The notes beneath the pieces were generated by a model, which saw nothing but the letters and a program-made list of their open reading frames with translations, searched no databases and had not been told where the DNA came from. A stretch of 64,000 bases of DNA from Candidatus Krumholzibacteriia bacterium (GTDB lineage: Bacteria; Krumholzibacteriota; Krumholzibacteriia; LZORAL124-64-63): positions 2,736 to 66,735 of the forward strand of contig JANTGJ010000003.1 in the NCBI GenBank assembly GCA_024762975.1, given 5' to 3'. Position 1 is the stretch's first letter. Each line of letters opens with the position of its first letter. The position numbers were made by a program, and so were the translations under genes. Below are positions 1-9,511 of the stretch, piece after piece.

Positions 1-179
1 ACGCGGGCCGGGTGGGGACTTTGGGCGTAGAGCCCCCCTACGATCGAGCCCATACTGGTGCCGGCGACGAAGTCGGCCTGCAGTCCGGCTTCGTGCAGCG
101 CCTCCAGGACACCCGCGTGCGCCAGTCCCCGGGCGCCGCCGCTGCCGAGGGCCAATCCGATCTGGAGTTTTCGAGCCAT
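1..179 (-). CDS. patatin-like phospholipase, N-terminal part (gene runs off window start)
   Basis: Reverse-strand ATG at 179..177 opens a frame with no stop before position 1: [52 protein letters not shown]. It has the GGxRG oxyanion motif and the GTSMG (GxSxG) nucleophile elbow of patatin/PNPLA domains. It is absent from the ORF track because no stop lies in the window. Confidence 0.8.
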   Translation of the reverse strand, partial: MARKLQIGLALGSGGARGLAHAGVLEALHEAGLQADFVAGTSMGSIVGGLYAQSPHPAR

Positions 180-323
180 GCTTTGTTGCCTTTCTCAGGG
201 TCTTCCGTCACGGCTGTCAACGTAGCAAAGATGCTGCCGCGATGAAACGAAGGATTCTTTGACCCGCGCTCCGGGACAGGTTAGCATTCCTGCGAAATCG
301 CCCGTCTGATACCTGACGATAGG

Positions 324-1319
324 ATGAGTGCCATGACTGACGGCCCGCAGGCCTCGCAGGAGTCCGCGAATTTGCCAGAATCGCCTTTTCATCTGGAACG
401 CATGATGCGCGAGTCGGCGCGTCAGTTCGAGTCCGAGGACTATGCTTCGGAGGACGATTTTCGCGAAAACATGCAGGAACTACTCGACGGCGGACTCTCC
501 GAGGCACGCGCGGAGTTCCTGAAGAACGACCCGACGGAGATGGCGCAGGAACTGGCGTTTCAGGCGTTTGAATCCGAGGATCCGAAGGAGGCGCTGAAGC
601 TCGTCGAGCAGGCTGTCGAATTGGATGCCCATTGCGTTGACGCGCTGACGATCCTCGCTTTTCTGACCGCCGAGGATGCTGCCGAACTGATCGAAAAAGT
701 GGAACACGCGGCCTCCGTCGGAGAGAATCGTCTGGGCGAGGACTTCTTCTCCGAGTTCCTGGGTGACTTCTGGCCGATGGTCGAGGCGCGTCCCTACCTG
801 CGTACCCTCAAGCAACTGGCCCAGATCCTGTGGATGGTCGGCCGCCGGTTCGATGCCGTCGAAATCTACGAGAACCTGCTCGAACTGGACCCCGCCGACC
901 ACATGGGCCACAGCCAGGCGCTGCTGGGTTGTTATCTGTCGATGGGAGAGGTGCAGCGGTCGTGGGATCTGCTCGAGGAATATGACGACGACGTGAACGC
1001 GCTCTACCAATGGGCCTGGGTGCTGGTCTTCCTGCTGGCCCAGGATGAGGATGCCGCCGAGGACGCCTTGGAACACGCGCTGAAGATGAATATCGCTGCG
1101 GTACCCTACCTGATCGGCATGGTCGAACAGGAGGGAGAGCCGGGCAGTGCTCCGGCAGCACCGGGCAGCGACGAAGAGGCGGAGCTGTGCGGCCTGACCC
1201 TGGGCGAGGCCTGGCGTTCGAAGGATGAGGCGCTTCTGTGGTTGCAGCAGGCGCTGCTGGAGCGAGGCGTAATCCAACTCGAGGACGAAGAGGACGAAGA
1301 CGACGAATCCGAGGACTAG
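324..1319 (+). CDS. hypothetical acidic helical protein
   Basis: 331-aa ORF, Glu/Asp-rich, poly-acidic C-terminus (EDEEDEDDESED), no recognisable catalytic motif. A hairpin terminator lies downstream. The start could be ATG 324 or ATG 333. Confidence 0.45.
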   Translation: MSAMTDGPQASQESANLPESPFHLERMMRESARQFESEDYASEDDFRENMQELLDGGLSEARAEFLKNDPTEMAQELAFQAFESEDPKEALKLVEQAVELDAHCVDALTILAFLTAEDAAELIEKVEHAASVGENRLGEDFFSEFLGDFWPMVEARPYLRTLKQLAQILWMVGRRFDAVEIYENLLELDPADHMGHSQALLGCYLSMGEVQRSWDLLEEYDDDVNALYQWAWVLVFLLAQDEDAAEDALEHALKMNIAAVPYLIGMVEQEGEPGSAPAAPGSDEEAELCGLTLGEAWRSKDEALLWLQQALLERGVIQLEDEEDEDDESED

Positions 1320-1340
1320 CCTCATTCCCTTCGCGGTTCT

Positions 1341-1385
1341 GACAAATCCCGGCCAGCGGTCGGGATTTGTCGTATAATTATCTCA
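1341..1385 (+). terminator. putative intrinsic terminator after the 324..1319 gene
   Basis: Perfect 11-bp inverted repeat gacaaatcccg / cgggatttgtc (1341..1351 and 1361..1371) with a 9-nt loop, followed by the U-rich stretch GUAUAAUUAUCUC. Confidence 0.4.
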
Positions 1386-1426
1386 GTCAGTTTTTTGGAA
1401 TATGACCTCAACGATGCTGTGGTGGA

Positions 1427-3517
1427 GTGAAGATGCTCGTACGCCGTGGAATCCCCGCCCTGTTGGCAATGGTTTTGCTCTCTCTCGTCGTCTGGCTCGG
1501 ACAGCCGGACTCCCCGGCTCCTTTGGGTGAATCCCTGAGACATACGCTCGAAACGGCGGGACCGGATGAGATCCTGACGGTTTGGGTCCATTTCCGCGAT
1601 CGTGATCTGGACGAAACGGCGCTGGAGCAGGCCTTGGCACTCGCTACCGAAGAACTGCCGGCACGCACGCTGAAGCGCCGGGCCAAGGTGTTTCCTTCGG
1701 GTATGCCGTTGGTCGATGCGCGCGACCTGCCGGTCTCGAACGAATACCTGCAGCAGATCGTGGCCACGGGCGCAACGCTGCGCCGGACCAGCCGCTGGCT
1801 GAATGCGGCCAGTTTCGAGGTCCCCGCGGGCCGTATTGATCAGATCACCCGGCTGGATTTCGTCCGGCGGGTGGACCGCGTCGTTCGAGTCGTGCGGGCC
1901 GCGATTCCCACGCCCGTTGTGGACACCGCGCCTCATCCCGTCCCCGGGGAGAAATCCACCGCCTGGATTCTGGACTATGGCGAATCCCAGGCTGGAATGG
2001 AGCAGGCCAATGTGCCTCCCGTGCACGAAATGGGCTACACCGGTCAGGGCGTTGTCGTGGGCATGCTCGATACCGGCTTCCACACGGGGCACGAGAGTCT
2101 GGTCGATGTACCGGTGCTGGGCACCTATGATTTTGTGAATGACGATCCCGTAGTGGATCTGGAAGCGGGCGATCCGGACAATGCGATCTCCCATGGTACC
2201 GTGACCCTGTCGAACGTGGCCGGTTATGCTCCCGGTCAGATGATCGCACCGGCCTATGGTGCCTCGGTGCTGCTGGCCAAGACCGAGGATGTGGCCGACG
2301 AGTACGCACTGGAAGAGGACTACTGGGTCGCCGGGCTGGAATGGCTCGAGGCGCAGGGAGCCGATCTGGTTTCGGCCTCCCTGGGCTACTACGACTGGTA
2401 CACCTTCGACGACCTGGACGGCGAGACCGCGGTGACCACGATCGCAGCCGATCTGGCGGCCGGCCGCGGGTTGCTCCTGGTCACTGCAGCGGGAAACGAA
2501 CGGGGCAGCGGATGGGGTGCGATTATCGCTCCGGCCGATGCGGACAGCGTACTGAGTGTGGGTGCCGTCTACGCCGATTCGACGGTGACCTACTTCTCTT
2601 CGCCCGGCCCGACGGCCGATGGCCGGATCAAGCCCGAGGTCGCGGCGCTCGGCTACCAGAACCGGGCCGCCGATCCGTCGGACGATACGAACTACATCAA
2701 CGCTTCGGGTACCTCACTCGCCTGCCCGGTGGTAGCGGGCGTAGCCGCCCTGGTGCTGGAGCGTACCCCCGAGTTGACACCCATGCAGTTGCGCGAGGCC
2801 CTGATGATGACCGCCGGCCAGGCCGATTCACCGGATAACGATCTGGGCTGGGGTATCGTCAATGCAATGGACGCGGTGATGTACTTCGGTCCGCACTTCG
2901 TACACGCGCCGCTGGCGGAAACGACCACCGACACCGAAGGCCCGTACACGATTCTCGCCATGATCACGGACGTCGAGGCGGTGCAGGATGCCTGGGTCAC
3001 CTACCGCACGAACGACGGTCCGTGGCAGCAGCTGGCGATGACGCCGCTGGGCTCGAATCTGTACTCGGCTGACATTCCGGGCCAGCCCTATACGACCATT
3101 GTCGACTACCTCATCGAAGCGGTCAGCGTCAATGGCGTGGCCAAGCGGAATCCCGATCCGATCGACGCCGAACCCTTCCACACCTTTGCCGTGACGCGTT
3201 CCTCGGATGTGGAGTGCCTGTGCAATCAGGATCTGCCCGAGCCGACTGCCTTGCTGGGCGCGGCGCCGAACCCGTTCAATCCGCGTACGAATATCCGCTT
3301 CCGGATCGGGGCCGCCGGCAGGGCGCTCCTGGAGATCTACGATATGAGGGGCCGCCGGGTTCGTTCGCTGCTGGACGAAAACCTCGAGGTTGGCCAGCAG
3401 GACGTGATGTGGGACGGCCGGAACGAGAGCGGCCTGGAGGTCGGCAGCGGTGTGTACCTCTACCGACTCCAGGCCGTGGATCAGGCGCTGACGGGCAAAG
3501 TGATGCTCGTCCGCTGA
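1427..3517 (+). CDS. subtilisin-like serine peptidase (S8 family) with a C-terminal T9SS-type sorting domain
   Basis: N-terminal signal peptide (MKMLVRRGIPALLAMVLLSLVVWLG). S8 catalytic-triad motifs: Asp in GMLDTGF, His in SHGTVT, Ser in GTSLACPVVAG. C-terminal ~85 aa NPFNPRTNIRF...GVYLYRLQA matches the Por-secretion tail / FlgD-Ig-like pattern shared with three other proteins in this window. Confidence 0.85.
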   Translation: MKMLVRRGIPALLAMVLLSLVVWLGQPDSPAPLGESLRHTLETAGPDEILTVWVHFRDRDLDETALEQALALATEELPARTLKRRAKVFPSGMPLVDARDLPVSNEYLQQIVATGATLRRTSRWLNAASFEVPAGRIDQITRLDFVRRVDRVVRVVRAAIPTPVVDTAPHPVPGEKSTAWILDYGESQAGMEQANVPPVHEMGYTGQGVVVGMLDTGFHTGHESLVDVPVLGTYDFVNDDPVVDLEAGDPDNAISHGTVTLSNVAGYAPGQMIAPAYGASVLLAKTEDVADEYALEEDYWVAGLEWLEAQGADLVSASLGYYDWYTFDDLDGETAVTTIAADLAAGRGLLLVTAAGNERGSGWGAIIAPADADSVLSVGAVYADSTVTYFSSPGPTADGRIKPEVAALGYQNRAADPSDDTNYINASGTSLACPVVAGVAALVLERTPELTPMQLREALMMTAGQADSPDNDLGWGIVNAMDAVMYFGPHFVHAPLAETTTDTEGPYTILAMITDVEAVQDAWVTYRTNDGPWQQLAMTPLGSNLYSADIPGQPYTTIVDYLIEAVSVNGVAKRNPDPIDAEPFHTFAVTRSSDVECLCNQDLPEPTALLGAAPNPFNPRTNIRFRIGAAGRALLEIYDMRGRRVRSLLDENLEVGQQDVMWDGRNESGLEVGSGVYLYRLQAVDQALTGKVMLVR

Positions 3518-3524
3518 TCAATCG

Positions 3525-4316
3525 CTAGCCGTCACCATCGAGCAGGCGGCCCAGGCCGCCGAGTACCGAGCCCTCTCCCCGGCTCTTGCCGCCATGGCTG
3601 GGTGCGTGGGCGATGATGCGGTCGGCCATGCGTGAGAACGGCAGGCTCTGCAGATAGACCGTGCCGCGGCCGCGCAGGGTGGCCAGGAACATGCCCTCTC
3701 CGCCGAAGATCATGCTCTTCAGATTGCCGGCGCGCCGAATGTCGTACTCGATGCCCTCGGTGAATCCCACCAGGCAACCGGTATCCACGCGCAGGGTCTC
3801 GCCATGGAGCACTTTCTTGACCACGGTTCCACCGGCGTGCACGAAGGCGCGGCCGTCCCCCTCGAGTTTCTGCAGGATGAAACCCTCGCCACCGAAAAAT
3901 CCGGCGCCGAGCTTGCGCTGCAGCGCAATCGATACCTTGGTGCCCAGCGCGGCCGCCAGGAAGGCATCCTTCTGGCAGACGAAGCTGTTGCCGAGTTCCT
4001 GCATCTCCAAGGGGACGATCTGACCGGGGTAGGGAGCAGCAAAGGCGACCTTCTGCTTGCCCTGGCCCTGGTTCGTGAAATGGGTCATGAAGATCGATTC
4101 GCCGGTCAGGACGCGCTTGCCCACGGAGAAAAGCTTGTCCATCAGTCCTTCGTTGGCGGTCGATCCGTCGCCCATGCGGGCTTCGAACTGGATGCCCTGG
4201 TCCATGTAATTCAGGGCGCCGGCTTCGGCGATCACCGTCTCGCCCGGATCGAGCTCGACTTCCACCAGTTGCATGTCGTCGCCAATGATCTCGTAGTCCA
4301 CTTCGTGACAGCGCAT
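3525..4316 (-). CDS. AIM24/DUF124 family protein (TIGR00266-like)
   Basis: Sequence [28 protein letters not shown]...[25 protein letters not shown]...[22 protein letters not shown] follows the AIM24/TIGR00266 pattern. Start trimmed to ATG 4316, preceded by GGAG; the ORF track extends to 4391. Confidence 0.75.
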   Translation of the reverse strand: MRCHEVDYEIIGDDMQLVEVELDPGETVIAEAGALNYMDQGIQFEARMGDGSTANEGLMDKLFSVGKRVLTGESIFMTHFTNQGQGKQKVAFAAPYPGQIVPLEMQELGNSFVCQKDAFLAAALGTKVSIALQRKLGAGFFGGEGFILQKLEGDGRAFVHAGGTVVKKVLHGETLRVDTGCLVGFTEGIEYDIRRAGNLKSMIFGGEGMFLATLRGRGTVYLQSLPFSRMADRIIAHAPSHGGKSRGEGSVLGGLGRLLDGDG

Positions 4317-4510
4317 GGCACTCTCCTGATTCGCGGTTGGAGGATCCGATCGGGTTCCCAATACATGGGTATGATAGAACAACGGCTGCACGAGTCCACT
4401 GTTGCGGGAAGAAATCGCGCGGGGGATGTGCTATCTTGGCCTTGCAATTGCGACGTCCGATTTCGCCTCGGACCTACCCGCTGGCACCTTCCCTTGTTCG
4501 AGAGGATCTC

Positions 4511-6007
4511 ATGGCTCGTTCCCATACACGATTCTACTGCAAGAACTGCGGCCACGAGGAACTTCGCTGGGCGGGGCAATGTCCCGGCTGCCGCGAATGG
4601 AACACCTTCGCCGAGGTGAAGGTCGCCGACACGAAGGGCAAGAAAGGCGCGCAGGGTTTCTCGTCGAAACAGGGCTCGGTGGGCTTCGGCCTTCCGGGGC
4701 CGGGAGCCGGTGCGCCGGCCGGCCTGGCTGCCGCGGTCGGGCCGGACGGGCGCTTCCAACCGACGCCGCTGCGCGAGATCTCGTCGGCAGACACCCGCCG
4801 TTTGCCGGTGGAACCGGCCGAGATCGCCCGTGTGCTGGGCGGCGGCCTGGTCGAGGGTTCGGTCGTCCTGCTGGGCGGTGAGCCGGGCGTGGGCAAGTCC
4901 ACTCTGCTGACCGGCCTGGCCCTGTGGTGGATGCGCCAGGGAACTCGTGTGATCTACGTTGCGGGGGAGGAGTCGCCGTCCCAGATCCGTATGCGTGCCG
5001 AGCGGCTCGGATTCGACCCGCACAGCGAACCGGGATTCGACATCCTGCCGGAGGTGCACCTCGAGAGTCTGGTCGATGCGCTCGACCGGGCGATCGCCGA
5101 GGATGACGGCCCGGTCGTACTGATCGCCGACTCGGTGCAGACCCTGCACAGCGAACAGGTCGACTCCTACCCGGGCAGCCCGACACAGATCCGTTACTGC
5201 GGAGGAGTGTTGGCCGATTTTGCCCGGCGCAGCGGCTGCCCCGTCTTTCTGGTCGGCCATGTGACCAAGTCCGGAGACCTGGCCGGGCCGAAACTGCTGG
5301 AGCACATGGTCGACACCGTACTGTATTTCGAGGGTTCGGGCGGCGAGGCCATCCGCATGGTGCGCGCGGTGAAGAACCGCTTCGGCACCACGGGCGAACT
5401 GGCCGTTCTGGAGATGCGCGCGGACGGACTGTTTCCGGTGGATCAGGCCGGCGTGCTGTTCCTGAGCGGCCGCCGCGGCGCCGAGCCTGGATCCGCTGTC
5501 TGTGCGGTGAAGAACGGATCGCGGACCTTCCTGGTCGAGGTGCAGGCATTGGTGTCGGTTTCACGCTACGGGACTCCGCAACGGGTCGTTCAGGGCGTCG
5601 ACGCGAAGCGAGTGGCCCTGCTGGCGGCAATCCTGGAAAAACGCGCCAATCTGGACATGGGGGGATGCGACCTCTTCGTCAAGGTTGCCGGGGGCGGACG
5701 CATTGATGACCCGGGGGCGGATCTGGCGATCATGACGGCGCTGGCCTCGTCATTGCGGGAACGTCCGGTACCGATCGAAACCCTGGTGCTCGGGGAAGTA
5801 GGCCTGACCGGGGAGGTCCGGCAAGTCGCCGATCTGGAGGCGCGCCTGCGCGAGGCCGCTCGCCATGGATTCTCGCGCGCGGTGCTGGCCGCGGGCGCGG
5901 CCCGGAGCAAGCACAAGGGCATGAAAATGATTCCGGTGACCCGCGTGGAAGAGGCTGTGACCCGGGCGCTCGAACCGGTTGCGCATCGGGCGAGGGAGGA
6001 AGCGTAG
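4511..6007 (+). CDS. radA: DNA repair protein RadA (Sms)
   Basis: N-terminal C4 zinc ribbon (CKNCGHEELRWAGQCPGCREWNT), Walker A LLGGEPGVGKSTLL, KNRFG motif and a C-terminal Lon-protease-like domain. Start ATG 4511 preceded by AGAGGA. A Gly/Pro-rich insert of about 60 aa lies between the zinc finger and the ATPase core. Confidence 0.9.
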   Translation: MARSHTRFYCKNCGHEELRWAGQCPGCREWNTFAEVKVADTKGKKGAQGFSSKQGSVGFGLPGPGAGAPAGLAAAVGPDGRFQPTPLREISSADTRRLPVEPAEIARVLGGGLVEGSVVLLGGEPGVGKSTLLTGLALWWMRQGTRVIYVAGEESPSQIRMRAERLGFDPHSEPGFDILPEVHLESLVDALDRAIAEDDGPVVLIADSVQTLHSEQVDSYPGSPTQIRYCGGVLADFARRSGCPVFLVGHVTKSGDLAGPKLLEHMVDTVLYFEGSGGEAIRMVRAVKNRFGTTGELAVLEMRADGLFPVDQAGVLFLSGRRGAEPGSAVCAVKNGSRTFLVEVQALVSVSRYGTPQRVVQGVDAKRVALLAAILEKRANLDMGGCDLFVKVAGGGRIDDPGADLAIMTALASSLRERPVPIETLVLGEVGLTGEVRQVADLEARLREAARHGFSRAVLAAGAARSKHKGMKMIPVTRVEEAVTRALEPVAHRAREEA

Positions 6008-6784
6008 ATGTCGAAACCGAACCAGTTGCACCTGATCCTGTTGGCCGGCGGGACCGGCAGCCGCGCTTCGGGAGGCCGGGGCGCTCCGCCGAAGCAGTTC
6101 AGCACAACCCGCGTCGGCCCTCTTTTCGCCGTCTCCCTGAGGGAGTTTCTGCGTCTGCCGGAATCGAGTGGATTCCATCTGGCCGGCGTGACGATGACCG
6201 TGGCCGATGCCTGGTGTGAAAACGCGGTTCAGGGACTGAAGGATCTCCTTCCGCCGGATTCGACGGTTCCGTGGCAAACCGCCGACGCGGGAGTGACGCG
6301 GACGGCCTCGACCTGGAATGCATTGCAGGTTCTGGGGACCGGTTATGATGGAGGTGCCTCGGGACCGGCTCCGGCGGCCGCTGAGCTGGTCGCCATTCAC
6401 GATGCGGCCCGGCCATTCGCATCGTTCGGACTGCTGGCCCGGGTGGCGAATGCGGCGCTGGCGGCGGGCGGAGCGGTGCCCGGAATCAAGGTGCCCGACA
6501 CGATCGTCCGCGTTGCGGAGGCGGACGAGGCCGCAGGGGCACTGCCGCCGGCAATCTACCTGAAGCGTGAACTCCTGTACGCGGTACAAACGCCCCAGGT
6601 CTTCCGGTGGGATATCCTGCAGGCCGCGCATTCGATCGCTGCCGCCGGTGGAATGGACTTCACGGACGACGGAGGTCTGCTGGCCAGCCGCGGTCACTCC
6701 CCGGCGGTGGTCGATGGCGAGCAGGGCAACTGGAAGGTCACCACGGAAGCGGATCTGCGGAGGGCGCTGGATTTGTTGAAATGA
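6008..6784 (+). CDS. ispD: 2-C-methyl-D-erythritol 4-phosphate cytidylyltransferase
   Basis: LLAGGTGSR nucleotide-binding motif, IHDAARPF, VQTPQVF and TDD motifs typical of IspD. The ATG overlaps the radA stop (TAGATG), as in the common radA-ispD arrangement. Confidence 0.8.
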   Translation: MSKPNQLHLILLAGGTGSRASGGRGAPPKQFSTTRVGPLFAVSLREFLRLPESSGFHLAGVTMTVADAWCENAVQGLKDLLPPDSTVPWQTADAGVTRTASTWNALQVLGTGYDGGASGPAPAAAELVAIHDAARPFASFGLLARVANAALAAGGAVPGIKVPDTIVRVAEADEAAGALPPAIYLKRELLYAVQTPQVFRWDILQAAHSIAAAGGMDFTDDGGLLASRGHSPAVVDGEQGNWKVTTEADLRRALDLLK

Positions 6785-7039
6785 TCAGTCCAGGTCCAGC
6801 TTGACCGTTCCCTTCAGGATGCGGCACTGGCACATCAGGCGTCGACCGGGTTCGAGATCCCTGGCGCGCTCTTCGTCCGTGGGCGCCGTCAAATGATTCA
6901 GGCCGCTGAGCACGTTCGTGGCGCACTTGCCGCACACTCCGCTGTGACAGCCGAAAAGAACTCCCAGATCGGCAGCCGCCTCCATCGAGGCGCCGTCGAT
7001 CACGTTCCTGGCTTGGCTGCGGGTTCGGATCTTTGCCAA
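6785..7039 (-). CDS. plant-type [2Fe-2S] ferredoxin
   Basis: C-terminal CHSGVCGKC ...(29 aa)... C gives the Cx4Cx2Cx29C cluster-ligand spacing. The N-terminus (M)AKIRT...VIDGASMEAAADLG resembles the ferredoxin MAKI..V..G.SLLEAA consensus. Start chosen as TTG 7039, six nt after AGGAGA; the ORF track extends further upstream. Confidence 0.6.
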   Translation of the reverse strand: MAKIRTRSQARNVIDGASMEAAADLGVLFGCHSGVCGKCATNVLSGLNHLTAPTDEERARDLEPGRRLMCQCRILKGTVKLDLD

Positions 7040-7256
7040 TTTCTGTCTCTCCTGACGCGAGATGAACAAGGGATTCACGGGAACGGTGGACGGTATTCGG
7101 AGTCCCGGCTCCGTGCAAGGGGATTCCCGGGATGGCGTTGAACGACGATCCTCCGGCTCGAATGCGAGGGGAGAATGATACTCAATCCGGAACGAACAAT
7201 TCATCATTTCGAAGGTGTTCCCGGACAAGAAATATCGAAAAAAGCCGGAAAACATG

Positions 7257-7286
7257 TTGACATATTGTTGGCTAATCGAGTACAGT
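7257..7286 (+). promoter_or_regulatory. candidate sigma70 promoter in the AT-rich intergenic region upstream of the tandem secreted-protein genes
   Basis: TTGACA (7257..7262), 18-nt spacer, TACAGT (7281..7286) inside a ~300-bp locally AT-rich spacer, which is unusual in this GC-rich window. Confidence 0.3.
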
Positions 7287-7434
7287 TCCTGTTAATAGTT
7301 CACCATCAGGGTACACAATTGATCCTAGGTATCTTGAGAATAGAAGGCTTTCGATCGCAGGGGTTGAAAGTGGCAAGGTGGCGTCGGCTTGTACCCGGCG
7401 TCTCACAGCGTGTCACACTTGGAAGGACAACGTC

Positions 7435-8088
7435 ATGAAGGAATTGCGCACCACACTTCTTGTGGTTTTCGCGTCTACCGTGATCCTGGCACTGCCGGCC
7501 GCGGCCCAGATCCGCGTGATCGACTATCTCGGTTACGGATGGGAGACCGGACAGTCCGCCGGCGACGAGTTTCACTTTTTGGGCATTTCGGATCTCGTGG
7601 ATCCGATCTTCGGCGTGGATCTGAGCGTGGAGGAATTGACGCTGTACACGACCAACCTGGTGGTTCTGGGTTCGGTTGATGTGGGCGGCGGCACGACGAT
7701 GATCAGCTATTCCACCGGCACGATGGAGATCTACCAGGATCCCCTGCAGGATTCGGACTGGGGAATCAACCCGCCCAACGCAACGGCGCCCAGCACGTTC
7801 GTCAACGGAGACCTTTTCTTCTCCGGCGAATTGGTGGATCTGGTGATGTTCCGCAACAGCGATGGATCCGGTCATTTCTCAGGAAGCCTGAACGGCACCG
7901 GTGGTTCGATGATTGCCGGCAGTTGCAGCAATTGTGTCTATTCGTGGGGGGGAACCTTCACCAGTGGTACGGGCGCACAATTGATCGAAGGCTATTCCAT
8001 GCAGGTCGACGGTGTTCTCGAGATCGATGAAGCCGTTTCCACCGATTCCGCAGCCTGGGGCTCGGTAAAGGCCTTGTATAGCAACTAG
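7435..8088 (+). CDS. secreted hypothetical protein, paralog A (C-terminal WGSVKALY tail)
   Basis: ATG 7435 after GGAAGGA. Signal peptide MKELRTTLLVVFASTVILALPAAAQ. Gly/Ser/Thr-rich mature region. Paralogous to the next gene. Confidence 0.6.
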   Translation: MKELRTTLLVVFASTVILALPAAAQIRVIDYLGYGWETGQSAGDEFHFLGISDLVDPIFGVDLSVEELTLYTTNLVVLGSVDVGGGTTMISYSTGTMEIYQDPLQDSDWGINPPNATAPSTFVNGDLFFSGELVDLVMFRNSDGSGHFSGSLNGTGGSMIAGSCSNCVYSWGGTFTSGTGAQLIEGYSMQVDGVLEIDEAVSTDSAAWGSVKALYSN

Positions 8089-8122
8089 GGATTCAATCGT
8101 TCACAGATCTGGAGGACTCGGA

Positions 8123-8755
8123 ATGAAGAGAATGTCAACGATCCTGGTGGTCATCCTGTTGGCCGGTACACTCCCCGGGCTGGCTGCCGCGCAGCAGCTG
8201 TTCGACTTCTTCGGCATGGCGAATCTGCCGGCCGCCGAAGGTGGATCCCTGAGCATGTTCGGCGTGATCCGGGACGGCGGTGCCGCCGTGGCAACCCCGC
8301 TCCCGCTGGACTTCGCCAACTACGAATACACGATCGTGGTGGAGGACCTCGTGCTGGTCACCGACGACTACCCGGAAACCTATGCGGGGGGTACGATCAC
8401 AATCTATCGCGACGCCTCCTCGACCGCCGATTACGCGGCGACCGGGACGTTCTCCGATGGCACAGCCGTGCTTTCGGGTGTCGTCAGCAGCCTCGAGCTG
8501 TTCCACTATTCAGACCTGGTGCCTTCGGCTACCGGCGGCAGCGGTATCGGTACCGTTGACTGGACGGGGGGGGCGCGCCTGGATGAGATCGCGCCGGGAG
8601 ACCAGGACGGATGGGGTTTCTTCACGGCGACGAATTCCGGATCCGGACTGCTCGAGCCCGGCTATGACGAAGTCTGGGACGGCAAGGTGGAACCCGCCAC
8701 GCCGATCGTCGGCACCGAACGGATGTCCTGGGGAGCGGTCAAGGCGATGTACTAG
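8123..8755 (+). CDS. secreted hypothetical protein, paralog B (C-terminal WGAVKAMY tail)
   Basis: Signal peptide MKRMSTILVVILLAGTLPGLAAAQQ. Shares block structure with paralog A and a near-identical C-terminal octapeptide W-G-[AS]-V-K-A-[LM]-Y. Followed by a strong terminator. Confidence 0.6.
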   Translation: MKRMSTILVVILLAGTLPGLAAAQQLFDFFGMANLPAAEGGSLSMFGVIRDGGAAVATPLPLDFANYEYTIVVEDLVLVTDDYPETYAGGTITIYRDASSTADYAATGTFSDGTAVLSGVVSSLELFHYSDLVPSATGGSGIGTVDWTGGARLDEIAPGDQDGWGFFTATNSGSGLLEPGYDEVWDGKVEPATPIVGTERMSWGAVKAMY

Positions 8756-8788
8756 TCGAATTCCGACAGCACTTGCCGCCGTCAGTAC

Positions 8789-8826
8789 GGCGCCCCGACC
8801 GAGAGGTCCGGGGCGCCTTTTTTATT
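8789..8826 (+). terminator. intrinsic terminator
   Basis: GC stem GGCGCCCCGACC / GGTCCGGGGCGCC with a GAGA loop, followed by TTTTTTATT. Placed between convergent genes. Confidence 0.6.
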
Positions 8827-8845
8827 GGGGGTGCGAACGGCTGAC

Positions 8846-9379
8846 TCAGATGCCCCAAAGCGTCATCGTATCGACCTTGCGGCCCATCAGCTTCAGGTAG
8901 TAGAAGAGCTGCGCCTTGTGGATCGCCAGGTGGTAGTTCATGTGCAGCAGGTGATGGCCCAGGGTGCGTTCGTTCTCGGGATCCCACGGAGCCGCGATCT
9001 TTTCATTACCCAACTTTTCCTCGCCAGCTGCCTCGAGCATCTCGAAAGCCACCTTCCGGTCTGCGGCCAGCAAGTTGCGCGCCTCGGCGACGCTGCCGAT
9101 GGTGGGCATCTGTTCGGCCTTGGGCAGCATGGCTTCGTAGCTGTCCTGCTCGCAGGCATCATCGGGCATCTCGGGCATTCCCCAGTCTCCGGTCACGAAG
9201 CCACGGCAACACATTCCGCAAGAGTTCGTCAGGTGCATCAGCAACTGGCCGACGGTCATCCAGTTCTCACCGGTGGTTGGCTTCCACTCGAGGTCCTTGT
9301 CTTCCAACATTCCCATGATCTTGTCGGTGACCGCATAGGTTTCGGTCATTTCCGCGTACAAGAGTTGGCTCCAGTTCAT
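8846..9379 (-). CDS. DinB/YfiT-like (DinB_2) metal-dependent hydrolase-fold protein
   Basis: 177 aa with the family's conserved His-containing helix HLLHMNYHLAIHKAQL. ATG preceded by AGGAGAAAATC. Confidence 0.7.
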   Translation of the reverse strand: MNWSQLLYAEMTETYAVTDKIMGMLEDKDLEWKPTTGENWMTVGQLLMHLTNSCGMCCRGFVTGDWGMPEMPDDACEQDSYEAMLPKAEQMPTIGSVAEARNLLAADRKVAFEMLEAAGEEKLGNEKIAAPWDPENERTLGHHLLHMNYHLAIHKAQLFYYLKLMGRKVDTMTLWGI

Positions 9380-9511
9380 GATTTTCTCCTTGAGCAGGGT
9401 ATCGATCAGGATGGTTGTTTGCCTGGGGAACAGACAGGATACGCAAACCGGGGGCGAAAGAAAAGCGAAAAGCGGAATTTTGACAAGAAAATCGGAGCCG
9501 CAGAAAACCGG

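Noticed and set aside
1373-1378. TATAAT hexamer upstream of the S8 protease gene
   Set aside because: No acceptable -35 at 16-18 nt spacing. It overlaps the U-rich tail of the upstream terminator.
4509-5630. Long antisense ORF (373 aa) opposite radA. Similar cases are 13389..15068 and 15111..16349 on the minus strand, 46981..49116 on the minus strand and 59319..60701 on the plus strand
   Set aside because: The translations are Arg/Pro/Gly-rich with low complexity, as expected for GC-rich frames, and they overlap genes with clear homology on the other strand.
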